Source of the DNA: Kudoa neothunni
Lineage: Eukaryota; Animalia; Cnidaria
Direction: 5' to 3'
NCBI GenBank assembly: GCA_964304625.1
Contig: OZ199838.1
Location: forward strand, 16,661,469-16,725,468
Length of the DNA: 64,000 bases
A model generated the notes under the pieces. It saw only the letters and a list, made by a program, of their open reading frames with translations, had not been told where the DNA came from and made no database searches. The translations under genes and the position numbers were made by a program. The first letter of the stretch is position 1. Every line of letters starts with the position of its first letter. This document shows positions 24,711-39,033 of the stretch, piece after piece.

Positions 24711-26764
24711 TTGGTTTTTTGGCATAATATAATTTAAAAAAATATGGGAATGTAATCCTTAAATTATCACAAAATTCTCTCGACACAATATTTAGAAAAT
24801 CACACTTTACTTAATAAATTAATCCTCAATAATCCGATCTGGTGCTACTTTGCAGTCGCACGCAATGAATATAAATTAGCACACTTGGAAAATGTTAGTC
24901 AAATATATTTTAGAATAGGTCGTTTTAAACAAATAAGTTTTCAATATCAATAATTTTTTAAATTATCTCAGGTTACTTATACCTTTAAAAATCATTATTT
25001 TTAGTATGGTTGTTATTGTGACGAAATATGTAGAAATTAATTCTTTTTTTGAGTGATGTATTTCCATTTATATTTAAAAACTTTTTTTCTTTGATAAATT
25101 ACTTGAGATTATCTTATAAACATGAAATATTCCAATTTGTCATTATGTCAACTGCCAATATATTGGGATCGTATGAGTGCAAATTCTATTTTTAACCAAC
25201 GTTATAAAATATTTAAAAATATATTGCATCATCATATATTTTTGATATCGAATAAACCCCATTAATTCAAGAAAAGTTTGAATTAGTGATTAGCTTAATG
25301 AAATCGAATTTTTTTTCTTTTAAAAACGTGTCACATTACACACCGAGGTTATTAACAAAGTAATTTTCTTAATAATCGTAAGCATACATAAAAAGGATAA
25401 AATAAATGAAACTGTGAAAATAACTTATATTTTAATTTATTTCTCAACTTCAATAAGGTGACATGTTAAAAGCTTTTATACAATAATTAGAATTGATTTA
25501 ACGATAAACGCAGAAATTTTGATGCTATGCAACGCTGTGTTTCTTCGAAAGTAAAGTAACATCCGATTCGTACATTACCCTAAGCCACACTAGCTCTTGT
25601 TTTCGAAGTAGCTCATTATTAAAACCCTTGAGGGATTTATCCAGATTCATTTTAGTATAACCATTCCATAAATCAAGTTTTCAGAAAGATAATATCATAG
25701 TTCCACAAATTTACTGTTCACTCATAATGAAATATTTTACTGAGCCCATATAAATATAAGATTACGAAATGTGATCACTCTCGAAATAACGAAGTGACTA
25801 TTGTAAAGAATACCTATAATCTCAACAACTCCTAATTATAATTGATGTATAGAGTTAATTTTTTAGAATTTGCAGTATTTAATTATTTCTGGTCCAACTT
25901 TCTCGCTCTTAGAGGCCAAAATATTTAGCTAAAACTAAAACCACATTCACCGGTATATTATGATTTGTGCCAATAGCCACTCTCATTATTTAATATTAAG
26001 TACAATAAACGGTTTAAGTATGCCAATCTTTAATCTTTGGTATCATTTAGTATTAGGTGGGGCTCTACATGATCCGTTTTACCAGTTTTACTTTAACACA
26101 TTTTTTGGATTAAATTAAAGATAAGGAATTAATAAAGTAGAAACGACATCTTATAGGATTAGTTTGTTGTTTTAAGAAATATTCTAGCACTATCAAAAAA
26201 ATTAATTGCTGGATAGTGGACTAATGAATTCGAGATAAGCGCATTAAGTTATTGATCAGTTCTTTAAATAGGGACTATAGATATTTGGATTCGTTTTGTA
26301 AATATTCCTCGAACTTAATCATTATTAGATTCCTTGTGTTTGATGCCAAAGTGATACCATTCATTTTTTATCAGGAATAAATGACTATAATACGGATCTA
26401 AAAAAGCTAAGAATATTTGGATTAATAAACGGGATTTTAATGTATCGATCATTACAAGTTCTGATTAGTAAACTAACAAAATTATGTGGAGACCAGTTGA
26501 AATAATTAACAATAATTTATTAGTCAAAATTTGTATTTGATTATTTAGGTTAGTATACTTATAAGAAGTAGATAATATAATATAAAGTGGTTTTATTTTA
26601 AGACTAAAAAACTGCATATGCACTTAGCAAATAGAAGGGACGCGCCTTTGTACCAAGCTTTTGAAAAGGACGATGTGTACCGGTCCTGCCCTAACAATGC
26701 ACTTGTATATTAGAAAACTTTTTTCATAGTCGGTAAAATAACGTGATCAGATTAAACTCACCAA

Positions 26765-28179
26765 ATGGCATCGTCAGCTCGAACGTTGATTTGTTTTGAT
26801 ATCGATGGGGTGTTGTTGAGAGGTTCCAATCCAATACCTGGTGCAGGTGATGTATTACAGGAACTTCAAAAGCACAATGTTCCATTCATTTTTTTAACAA
26901 ACGGTTGTCCAACTACTGAAACTTTGCGAGCTGAACAACTTCTTCCACAGTTTTTGACATAAAAGTAACTATTTGTGGCAAATATGTGAAAGAATTCGAT
27001 GTATGTAGTGCGATCCCAAGTGGGTGATTAATGGCTCAAACCCCTTTGTGCGAACTTAAAAGTGAACATGATAAGCTGCATTTGGTGATCAATCAAGGCG
27101 ACTGTAAAGGAATTGTGAATGCGTAATTGGATTATTATTGAAAAATGACTGTTTTTTATTATTCTGTAATCTTTATACGCTTTTAGCACTGGGTTCAAAA
27201 ATGTGGTCACTGTCGATGATCTGTCGAAGCAATACCCTATGCTAAATACTGCTGACCGTAGCGAGCATTCTCGACCTTACAAGAAACAACAACATGTGGA
27301 TAATGTAAACTCTTATTTATAGCATTCTAAACTCCCCCTTAACAGAAAACCGGTGGATTGGAGGATAATTGTTCGAGTGAACTGCAAAAAAAAACTGCGT
27401 AATCAACAAAACTCACGAGAAAATTGAAGGAATTATTCTGCTGGAGGATCCTTTGCACTGGGGAAATTTGCTATCAGTTTATTTTGGATATTCTTTTTAC
27501 CAATGGACACCTTTTTGAGAAGAATAATTTTGATTATTTGGGCGCTGCTCAGAAATATTCAAGATCCGATTATTCCAATTTATGTTGGAAGCTCTGATTT
27601 CTTCTCTGTGACACAGTCACCTTGGCCTAGAATTGCTCATGGCTCTTTTCTAGTTGGTTTGGAAGCTATTTATAAAGTTCGAATTTTTTTCAAAAGTCAA
27701 TTTTTTATATATCAAAATTTCTTTATCATAGAAAATCACTGGTAAACCTCTCCAATACAAAAAACTGTATGGAAAGCCAAACAAATCGGTTTACGAATTT
27801 ATTTTGAAAAGGATTCGTTCGTTATATCCAGACACAAACGAATTGATTATCATTGGGTAATTTAAAATTGGGTGATTCTAATTAACCTTTATTTTGTTTC
27901 CCCTCTAAAGCGACAATCCTCTGACCGATATTTATGGAGCTAATGTTTTCAAACAACTCTTGATAGATAATAACGTTAAGGATTGAAGATTACTTCCATT
28001 TTAGTCAAAACTGGATTTTGCGCTGGAAGTAAAATTGATGAAAACAACGTTTCGTCAATGATCCGTCTATTGAGTGATTACACCCCAAAAAAAACCCAGA
28101 CTACCTCACCCCCGATCTCTTGTTAAATGATGTGAGCGAATTTATGGATAAATTTAGAGATTCACTTATTCCAAAATAG
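26765..28179 (+). CDS. HDHD5: HAD hydrolase HDHD5/CECR5-like, with several small frameshifts as assembled
   Basis: FDIDGVLLRG, PFIFLTNG, GFKNVVTVDDL, PRIAHGSF, YGKP, IGDNPLTDIYGAN and SILVKTG are intact, as are the splice sites. About 7 indels, mostly in homopolymers. Confidence 0.85.
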
Positions 28180-28873
28180 TGTTTTAGAAATTAAAAACAT
28201 TCAATTAGCTTTCATAGTAATATTAGAATATTTATTGTGTATTAAATGTATTTTAGTCCGCGCTAAAACGATATCTTATTAGATTCCATCAAACATATTT
28301 TATATTTTTAATAGTCAAATTATTCTTCCGTATACTCATTTAACTTTTTTATCACTGCATGTATTATTCGTAAAGTCTAAATAATAAGCTCTTTCGTAAG
28401 ATGAATGTAAAATTCATAAAGAAATTACTGAAACTTTGAACAGTTGTGTGTTAAATTGTAATAGTAAAAAAATTTCTTGAAATTTTTAATTATTTGATAT
28501 TGTTCTATACATCATCAATTTAAAAAGTATATGACCACAATTTTTTTTAAATTGCACATATACATTTTAATCACTCATTTTTTATTTATCAAAATATAAA
28601 TATTTCATGGCATAAAAGATCTCAAAATTTTATTCAAAAATATCTAAAAATAGATTCAGAATTCTTAACTTAGTTTTATTAAATCGGATCATTCATCTGT
28701 TTAATTTTTTATAGGATATGGCTTTTTTGCACTTTGCGTATTCTCACAATTGCGTATTTTGAATGAAAAGTTTTAAAATCAATTTTTTTACTAGAATTAT
28801 TCAACTTTGAACACATTTTCCCCAATTTATAGCATATTTCAATATCTAAATTCACAAACTTGATTCCATCACA

Positions 28874-31042
28874 TTAACCCTCTAACACTTTTTGCATGTA
28901 ACACATCCCGAAACGATATTATTATTATTATTGGCGTATTTTCCTTAGTAGTTTTGTTCGCTGCTTTAAATTATATAAACAAATTCGTAATAAATAAAAG
29001 GTAAAAAATACCCTTCAACACTTATTGTTGTTTTTCACACCAGATTTTTTTGGCTTAAATAATAGGAATAAATATATTTATTAAGGTTTCACAATATTAG
29101 TGACATGAAGTTTATAGTTAGTCCAAAATCTTGAGATTCGTAAAGTAATTACATGAATTCGTTTGCGCTGTAATTATCTAATATAATAAATGCACACATC
29201 TTAAATATTTGATAGTATTGAAATGAGCGGTCTTAATGAGTATAGTGACGATTTATGTTCAACTGGTGGCGAATTCGAGCATCAAATTATAGAAGTGGAT
29301 GAAGTTGAAATTCCCGGAAGCACGCAGCATGTTAACAAGCTAATGCGAAATTACATGGAGTATATCCAAACCACCTGCAACTAAAACATGCCGAGAAAAA
29401 ATTATGAATTCTTCACCTAGGGCTACAGCTTATGCGACGTCCAAGATAATATTCTTTCTATATTGCCTCCTTCCATTTTGCAACAATGATATATGCAATC
29501 AAATTATTTCGTTTGCCAACATGTTTGGAGTACACCATTTTAAAGGAGACTGGATTGGCTTAGACGTGGAAGGATCTAAAGGTTACCTTGGTCTTATTGA
29601 ATTGATGCCTACTCATAAATACCAACAAGAGCCTTTATGTGAGCTCTTCAGTGAAAAAGAAGAAAAGGAGATATACAGTACAGAAGGCTTTTTTCACTCC
29701 GTCGATTCACTCGAGTACTCCATTTCGATTATTTTAATACACGATTGGAACGAAAAAAAGTTGACAAATTTTTCCCCCATCCCTGACGTATGCAATCAGT
29801 GGATTGATTTGTTACCAAGATGTAACCGTAGTCGAGCGACTTGTTTCGTTCAGGGGAGGTGCCCTTTCCAATAGTACATGTCTATGAAACCGGAAAAGTA
29901 TGACCTAAAGTTTTTTCTATTAGTTGATCCAATGGCAAACTATGTTTGTAATATCAGTATATATCTCGGAAGGAATAACCGCAAAACCATTCGACAATGC
30001 GGATTCGGTGAAAGTGTTGTTTTTCACAGTCAACACCACTATTCCATTCAGGTAGGAATACTGTTGCAGACAATTTGTTTTCGTCACTCTCCCTTGCGAA
30101 AAATTTGTTGCAGAAAAAGCTTAGCTTTTGAGGGACTTTTCGGAAAAACAACATGGAAATACCTCCTTGTCTTCTTTTCTCAAGAAAAAGAACCCTCTAC
30201 AATAGTACTTTCGTGTATTATGAGAAATTCATGCTGACGTCTTATGTTTGTAATAAGTCGAACGCGGTAATTCTGGTGACGAGTGGTCTACTGATGATTC
30301 TGTTAGCGATGAGTCAACTAAGTGTAAGCCTCAAGTGATTCTACACTACAACGAAACAAAAAGGGGGAGTCGATAACATCGATAGGATGTTAACGTCGGT
30401 TTCTGTACGCAGATTCACAAGAAGGTGGGCCTCTGATAGTGTTTTTAACATGATGGATTTATCTCTAATCAACGCATTTGCATTATTTAAGGATGTTTTT
30501 AATGATAGCACCACAAATAGGCGTAATTTTTTGACAAAAAATTCGTCCGAAAATAAAGTCATCAAGATAACACATGAAAATCGTTGTTTCGAAAAAGAAT
30601 CCACTTATGAGCTCCAAAAAATCTAGATGTGAGTACTGTGAGCAAAGTAAAGATAAAAAAACAAATGGTGCCAGAGATGTTACAGATACTATTGCGTAGA
30701 TCATTCCTCAAATACTTATCTTAGGTGCGATAAATAAAAATATTTTTGTTTGTTTCGTTTTATTTTATTTTCATTAATACGTGTTTTGAGTTAATTATTT
30801 CGGAAAAAAAGTTTATTTATAATCATTAAGTTGACTGATAATATCCAGCGATGTTATTACGAAAATATTTAATGCTTAAAGCAAACGCATATTTTCCTCT
30901 GTTCTCTGCTGGCGATTTCGGTATTATTCTACAATTATGATTATTCGATTTATCAAAGTATTAATATGCAATAAAAAAGTGGGGTATTTTACATCCAAAA
31001 GTGTTCGAGGTATACGTTTTTTTTGGATCGTTAGAGGGTTAA
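28874..31042 (+). mobile_element. Full-length decayed piggyBac transposon (~2.16 kb)
   Basis: TTAA-CCCTCTAAC ... GTTAGAGGG-TTAA termini and an internal inverted copy of the left end at ~30990-31010. Transposase fragments lie inside. Confidence 0.9.
29223..30735 (+). pseudogene. piggyBac transposase pseudogene
   Basis: GRCPFQ, YMSMKPEKYDLKF, YNETKGGVDNIDRML, RRFTRRW, LINAF and a C-terminal Cys-rich domain, broken by stops and frameshifts. Confidence 0.88.
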
Positions 31043-32947
31043 ATTTGGGTTTTCACTAGCTACCATTTTTAGAATTTCAATTTTATAAAGTTACTTGTAA
31101 ATATTTACATTTATTTAGTTTTAAATAAAACACTATAAATATTTAGAAAACTTTAACACTTTCAATTGAAATCAGATAGGCTTTCGTCAAATTAACGCAC
31201 TTTGATTAGATAGTTCTGCAGTGCCAATAATTCTACTAAAAGAAAACAATAAAATATTATATTAAGTTATAACGACAAAATCAAACATACTATGCCTAAA
31301 AATTTTAATTTTTTGTATTTGAGAAGATAAATAGTCATAATATCTAGATTGTAGGCAACACACCTCTTATTTTTCCGTGTCAGTATGTAAGTTTAACCTT
31401 CAATATTTTCGCGCGTAACAACCATTATTTTAGACTTGACGATTCCTATCCCCCAAAAAATTATTTTTACCAGATTAAATTCCTTGCATCGTTTCAATGT
31501 ACTTTTGACGATTGAGGGGTCTATCGATGTGGTTCAAACAGAATCCATTTGGACTGCAAGCACGCCAAAACTATTAATGAGCATACATTCTCATAAAAAC
31601 TTTTATTACAAAATAGATATACCTTTTAGAATATTAAATAGGCTGAGAGTAATCAGATCTCAAGAAAACTATAATAACATAATATTAACCCTTCATGATT
31701 TGAATGTTTTCTTCCGTTTACCCTAATACAGTCATATTGTCCTAATCCAAAATACACTTTTTCTATTTTTGGAAATTTCTTATATCTCCTTAAAATTAAC
31801 ATTCTTCAATCCTCAAATTAAAATAATTTCAATTTAAAATATAAATTTGGCGCTCCTTAATTCATGAGGTCTTCATTTTTCAGATAATATTTTACTATTC
31901 CATAAATTTACGTAACATAACTTTATATCCTTATTATCGAATTAATTCAATTAGTTTTGATAGAATTAGGCTTCCCTAAAATAACATTGGTATAATATTC
32001 GCGAATGTTAATCCGATGTATTAGTTCTCCACCAATCAGTCTGAATTAAACGTTTATTCAATATTCTTAACATTTTATATGTATATATGTTAAAAAATAA
32101 AAAACATCGCATAATAATTAATTGAGAAATCTAACACATGCCAAGTAGATATCACAAACCTCCAATTTCCCTTTCTGGATACAGATTGAGTGGGAACCTT
32201 CAAAAAATAAAGCCTTCCGTGAACTGTTTTATTTAAATTATAGATTTATATCCCCAACAAATCCAACAATTTTTAAATACTTTAAATTACGATTTAATAA
32301 TGAATAGCTCAAGAATCAAGGCTATTAAGAAAAATGCGACGTATTCTTCCCGTTTTTGTACAATCTACTATTACAGAATCCCCCTAAAAGTGCTTAGATC
32401 CCTTCGATACATGTGAATGATTAAGTTCAAATATTATGCTCCAACCTTACTCACTGAATAGAATCTATAGAATGATCGACATAAAAAATTAAGGATATAT
32501 AAATTTTTTGGTGTTCACATTGCTGGACTTCATTTCCCATTAAATAATACCGATTAACTCATTTAAAAAAGACTAATCTTTCCAAATTTAACTTAATTTA
32601 ACATTTTTGTTCAACTTATTTTAATATATTAAGGTTTGGGGATTTAAAATTTATTAAAATACATTTTTCGTGGATACGGTGGATCGCACGAGCCGTTACA
32701 TACGTCATTTTTTTACATGCAGTAAGAAAATTGTTAATCAAATATCGACAACTATTTCTGCAATATCAACTAGATTAGCGCATTCTAGACTCTAAGGATT
32801 TTCTAGTGCCCTCACTGAAAATTAGAACGTATAATACAAAGAAACCGAAATAGACATTTGATACGAATAGAAGTAATTTTAAAAGAGTCAAAGATTCGAA
32901 ATAATTCTACATTTTCACAAAAATAAACTGAAACCTATTAAGTCCTT

Positions 32948-35634
32948 TTATAGATCAATACGGTAATGTTCGCCGTTGGAGTTGTGAAGAATGGAAACAG
33001 AGGGAGAAGTAACCGCCCATTCGTACCACACTTTCCTATTGTCAACAAACCTCCAGATATTTAGAGTAATGTCTTCCACATGACTAAGTGTTTTTGTTGT
33101 GATAGGACCCTAGATTCAAAATCAAAAAACATCTCACTCACACATCACAACAAACCTTCAAAGGAAAAAATATTGGAAACCAACTAAACATATCAGGTGA
33201 GTGTGTGTCTGGATGAATACCTGAAAAGAATTTAGTCGGAAATATCCCTAAAAAGAGCAACAATTACTTTGGATTATATCATCGTACAAAACACAAGAGA
33301 AATATCCAGCGAATCCATGACAGACGGCATCATTGCGTAGTAGAGGAAATTTTATTTGAATAAAACGCTCATTCAACATCGCAGGTGAATTTGTAGGATG
33401 CGTGAATTCGAAGCAAGGTTTTATGTCGGCCAACTTGCCATATTTACTCAAACAAACTACATAGGGCATTTGGAAGGGGTCATCTTTGCCTTTGTAGACT
33501 TTATCGTAGTCAACTATTTCACTGTATGCTTTTTCAGCAGTTACTGGCACAAGGTAAGAGGTGTAGCTGGAAGGGATAGAAACTCCGTCATCTTACACAT
33601 TGATAATTAGATTTAACAAAATAGTAGTTGATAAACCTCTTAGCAACCGTTGTGCTCCATCCAAACATTCAGGGCTTAATTCGTTATCACCAAAAGACCC
33701 CAACAATTCACTAACAATAATATCGGCCTATCAGTATAAAAATAGAGGCTATTTTGATGTTGAATAAAACAGTAAATTGTAACCTTCTGTGGTGGATTCC
33801 ACGTTCGCATATCCTCATTTACTACAGTTACATTGGTCCACTCGAGTTTGGCGCGTTTTTCAAGCCTATAACATTAAAGCATCACTCCATAAACTACTAA
33901 TATCGACAAACTACGTTATAATCGCATTTGAATTTTTCTCAAGCGCATATATCTCGTATTTGCAGCCCTTATCAATGCAAGCATCACGACTAACTTTAAC
34001 TAAAGGACCTCTACCACACCCCACTACCATAATTGTACTACAACCAAATCATTAGCCATATGAAACTCTTTTGAAGGTTATAAGTTATTAATACATAGTG
34101 TCTTCATTTATATTTTTTGATGAAGAAAACTTATCACATAAACATTTATACACTGCCTATGTGTACGCCATTAAGAAAGTGTTTCAAGACGAATAGTCGA
34201 AAATATATTATTCACTTGTTGATAGAGATTATATTTGATAGGATCTTGCTCGAATATATCATATGTGGATGACTCTAGGTTGTCGGCCAGTGGCTAATTA
34301 ATTGCATCATTAAGTTCAGTTTCACTCCAAATCATTCACTAACCTGCAAGGGTATTTGTAAAACGTCTCTCATAGTTAATGCGTGATTTTCGTACACAGT
34401 TAGAGGCGGCATATTCTTTCAAACCACAAATTGTTATTTTAACCCATCATTAAGCGTATACCTCATGAATATGTTGGATATATAGATAATAATCTCGTAA
34501 ATCCTAAATTAACCAATTTTAGGTTAATTGGGTCTAATTTGTTTTTGTTTATTACATGGTGTAGATTTTCCCCTTTGATAATAACCCTTGCCCCTAACTT
34601 TCACTCAATTATCCCATTGTTGAATCGATTAAAAAATCGCGTTCATAACTGTCTTACCCTTAAAGTTGACTGCAAAAAATGTTTTAGCTGAGGAGACAAA
34701 ATCGGGTAGCCTGGAAAGAGTTGAATAACCAAAAAGAACTCTATCCTAATTAAGCTACCTTTTCTATTGGTTATGAAGATTTTTGTGGGCAAGATAACAG
34801 CACTGAGATTTTCATCGATCCATCTTACTAAACATTCTACGTCTGGGCCATCATTTGAGGTAAAATCCAATTCAAGTGCTGTTGAAAAAATTATAATATT
34901 GCTGATTCTAAGGTAAAGAGCACCTAGACTTGTATTTTTGTTATATTGGCATAAAGTGGAGTAGGTGGTCCAATCGGCCCATTTTTCGGAGTTATTTTTA
35001 CCGTTAATTTTAACAGTAACCCAAATCTGTGCCCAAAAAATTATAATTTTCAACTATTATTAAAAAGATTAAATACCGAACTTTTAAAACAAGGCTGAGA
35101 AAGTTGTCGTTTGCAGACACCAGCCACATGAGGAACAATGCCAGACCCATCCAATGGCACCAACAATACACACAAATTTAAATGATTTCCGTAGCACAAC
35201 TCTTTTTCCATATTCTATATTCACAAATAACATATAAAAGCAAAAATTTTACAAATACGTGAATTTCTTCAAATAACTGATCTTGCTTTATCGGCTGTTC
35301 GAACGAGTGGTCAACATATCCCACAACACGTGAAGCCCAATCTGTAAATAATAATGATATAAATTATAAATTTTCGCGATTAAAAATAACCTTCCTGGGG
35401 CAGATCCATGTCACAAAATGTGTTTGAAATGTCTAAGCCATTCTTAGCATAATTTGTTAAACATGCGTTGTAGTTTAGTGGAACACAAACAAAACAATAA
35501 CTAATAATATTTTTAATATTTTAAATCGCGATAATCCTCCATGCGGCTATTAACTACCCTTTCGCTAAGGATTCTTTCAGTGTGTTTGGGAATTGAACCT
35601 GATCCTCTACCAGTAAACCAACTGATAGATTCAT
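32948..35634 (-). CDS. PRMT5: Protein arginine N-methyltransferase 5, 18 exons
   Basis: [76 protein letters not shown] and KVWYEW. 17 GT-AG introns give one open frame. Confidence 0.97.
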
Positions 35635-36822
35635 TGTGTATGACGACGCGCGCATAACACATGGAGTGTATTTTAGTTTTGTCCCGCGCTAAATTCCATT
35701 TTCTGTTAGTAGAATGTTATTTTTTTATTCAAAAGTTCTCTCAAATTTACAATATAGATTTTTAATATATTGACAAAAAAATATAAAATATAACCAAAAG
35801 TTGCTAAATATAATTATCCTTATACAGTGAAATTGGGTTGGTAGATAATCGACGATTTTGTTGTATTAAAATATATTTTTTTCTCTTTTTTTAATTCAAA
35901 TAGAATAAAATATTTGTATCTATCATATGAATAGAAAGCAAATTCTCTAATGTTAGTAAAACCTAAAAACAGAAACATGGCTCATACGTAATGCAGTGAT
36001 TCTACTTAATGGAAATTTCCCCAAATTATATTCTGCAAACTTCTCACATAATCCCAGGTCAGGTAGACTTTAGCAAAAAGTGGAATTACAACAACGTATT
36101 AATTTCAGTCATGCATGAAAGTTGGCAGAAAAAATGAATTAACAATATCGTATGCGACGATTTGATTTTTTTATTTTAAATAACTATCGTAAATTAAAGT
36201 ATTTTTTATATTGTTTTTTGCCATTACTTCATATTTGATGATACATTTTTTATGCAAATAATATTTTGGTTTGACTTGAGAGGTGTATAACTCTAATTTT
36301 TTTAATTAACCATACAAAGCGTCACAGAAAAAATACAACTCATACCAAGCTAATTATTTAAAAATAATACAGTTTAGAGACAAACTTATAATTATATATT
36401 TATTGGTAAATAGACTTTTAAATCAAGTTAATTATTAATACGAGATTTTTTAAGGTAATAATACATTGGTTAAAGTAACAAAATTGTAGATTGATCGGAG
36501 TTAAACTTTAAAAATTTCAATTTCGATAGAAAAAATGTAACAATTCTTGAACTACAAAAAAATAAATTCGAATAAAAATTTATAAACTAAAAAACAGTGT
36601 TTTTTATGAATGTTGCGTTTTTTGAGTGCAATTGAATTTAATTTAGCAATAATAAGGCGTATATTACAAAGTAAAAATATCTCGAAAGGCTGCGCGATAA
36701 TAATAAGCACAATGAGAACAGTATATAACAAAAATAAAAAAATAAACTTCATCCTAAGCAACTGTATAAAAGAGATTAAACATTAAACGCGTGATTATTT
36801 CTTCCCTGCTTTCTATCTTATT

Positions 36823-38770
36823 TTAACTCCGAGCGCTTCAAAATCGACTATACACGTAGTGTTTGTGTTTATGGGGTCTATTAGACCCCACTTTTTTATT
36901 TAATATCGTGAATTTAAATAATTTTTAAAACCTCATCATGCAAAAGTAAAAAAATTCTATCGACAAAATCGCACAATATTGGCAAAAAACATGTCTGTCG
37001 AAAGTTTCCGACCCTCTCCGAACAATGTGAAGGGCTATATATTCTTGTAAAATAACTTTTTACGAAATATTATGTAAAAATAAATTTCAGAAATATTCAA
37101 AATAATGTGTTGTCAAATATCTCATATATAATTAATTAGATTAAAACTTTACGGCACAGCAAAATAGTTATCAACTAAATGAACTAAAAAGATCTCCAGT
37201 GTTCACCTTAAACGCATATACCAACGTAAAAGTTAAAATTTGCTTTCTGTGACTTTCCCTATTATTGTCTGTGGGTTTAAACGAATGGTAATATCATTAT
37301 TTATATCAGATCCACAATAAAATCGACGCTCTGCCTCTAATTAACAATTTATTATCTAAGTCAAAAAAGAAATCTCACATAGCAAAAATATGAAACGTAT
37401 AACGTAATCCAGACATTTATTTGTATCCAATGAACTGTTAAAACAAGCACATTCGGAATGTTCTTCGCATCAGTTGTTCTTATATACAACACATATGTGC
37501 ATTGTCTTACGATCATTGCTTCTTGGGCCTACAGCACGTTGTTTACGGGATTTTTTGGAACAATATTGGTGCTTTATAATTTTTTCCTGCTCTTGATTAA
37601 GTTGGAAATTTAGCGCCAAGGAGCTGCTGAAGGGTTGGAATGTGCTAGCAAGATTCCCTAAAAATTAGTCTCTTTTGAATTTTCCATCATTGAATATGAT
37701 TTTGTATATGCAAAACGCATTTAAGAGATTTATATCGATATTATAAAAAATAACTCCTAGTCCGCGTCAGGAATATCTTTTTAAACTTGCGGAGGTGGAA
37801 ATCCTATCAATCGTATCAATAACTCATCTAATTTTGTTATAATAATTGATGCCACCTGGCTTCTTTTTTCATCATTCAGTATATCTGTAAAAGCTGCTGA
37901 GTTGGGTAAAATTAACAAATTCTTATTATTTTAGTGATTTAAGAGGACAGAATTTTCTTTTCATTAAATAGAAAAAGTGGGCTAAATGACTTTTTTGTTT
38001 TATTTTTTTTCATTATAAGCGAAACATTCCTCTTTTTAGATCTGAGTGATCCAACCATTGTAAGAATCATTTTCAATAGCTGAAGGCTCTTAGCAGCAAT
38101 GATTATAATAATTAAAGTCAAACATATTGGCATTTAACGCAATATTTCTGTAAAAATTGCCATCCAAAAATATGTCAAAAAATCCGTTATATGAAAGATT
38201 CTCTGAGCTTTAACATTTGCAAGGCTAGAGGCCATCCTTAAAAAGTTTTCTTTTAGTATTTTGAAGATTTTTAGGACTTCTGTAGAAAAGATAAGGTTAT
38301 TGTTATCATCTTCGGTAAATCAGTGGCAGAATCAATAAAATAAAAGTAATTAATGATTTCATTTAAATCGGAATTATAGTCGGTGGAATATATTTCGTTA
38401 AAAGCCTCCATAAATACAAATTTCCGTAATAATCGATCTTCGTGTATAGTCGTATAAACTCGCGAGAAAATATATCTCATTTTTCTCTTTACTTCGTCAA
38501 TAGATTTTGCTACTATTCTCAATTCCATTTTATAATAATTTTATACATAAAATGAGAAAATAAAATTGTGGGGTCTATTTGAACCCCGAAACACTAAGTG
38601 TAAACTTTTATTTTATTTTTTATTCATTAATGATAATTCTAAACATATTCGGCAGATATACAGTGTAAGAAATTTTATAGGAAAAGACCGAGTTTCGGAC
38701 AATTTAGGTGATTGGAAGGGGTCAAAAACTAATCATTAATAGACCCCAAAAGCACTACTTGGAAGGTTAA
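36823..38770 (-). mobile_element. Decayed piggyBac element (minus strand)
   Basis: TTAA-bounded, with subterminal ggggtctattagacccc palindromes. The minus-strand relic reads YYNKIR*VIDTIDR...IFYNIDINLLNAF followed by a Cys-rich tail. Confidence 0.7.
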
Positions 38771-39033
38771 ATTCACAAAATGTTCTAAAACTGAAGTAAA
38801 CTGTTGCCAATTTAATATTTATACATTACCTAACGATATTACGAACTGCATATATATTTGAAATTTAATTGACGTAATCGATGTGCGCTGGCTTGTCAAA
38901 AATTAAAGCTCAAAACTAATCACAGAATCACAGAATCACAGTTTGATACAATGCAAAAATGTTATAAAACATAATCGTATATAAAGGCGCAGAAGTTGAA
39001 TAAAATACAGAAAATAATTTCAAAAATAAAGCT

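Noticed and set aside
31436-31726. Short intergenic ORFs (also 36552, 44534, 47593, 54983, 58672, 61072, 62763)
   Set aside because: These are I/K/F/L/N-biased translations typical of AT-rich non-coding or TE DNA, with no recognisable motifs.
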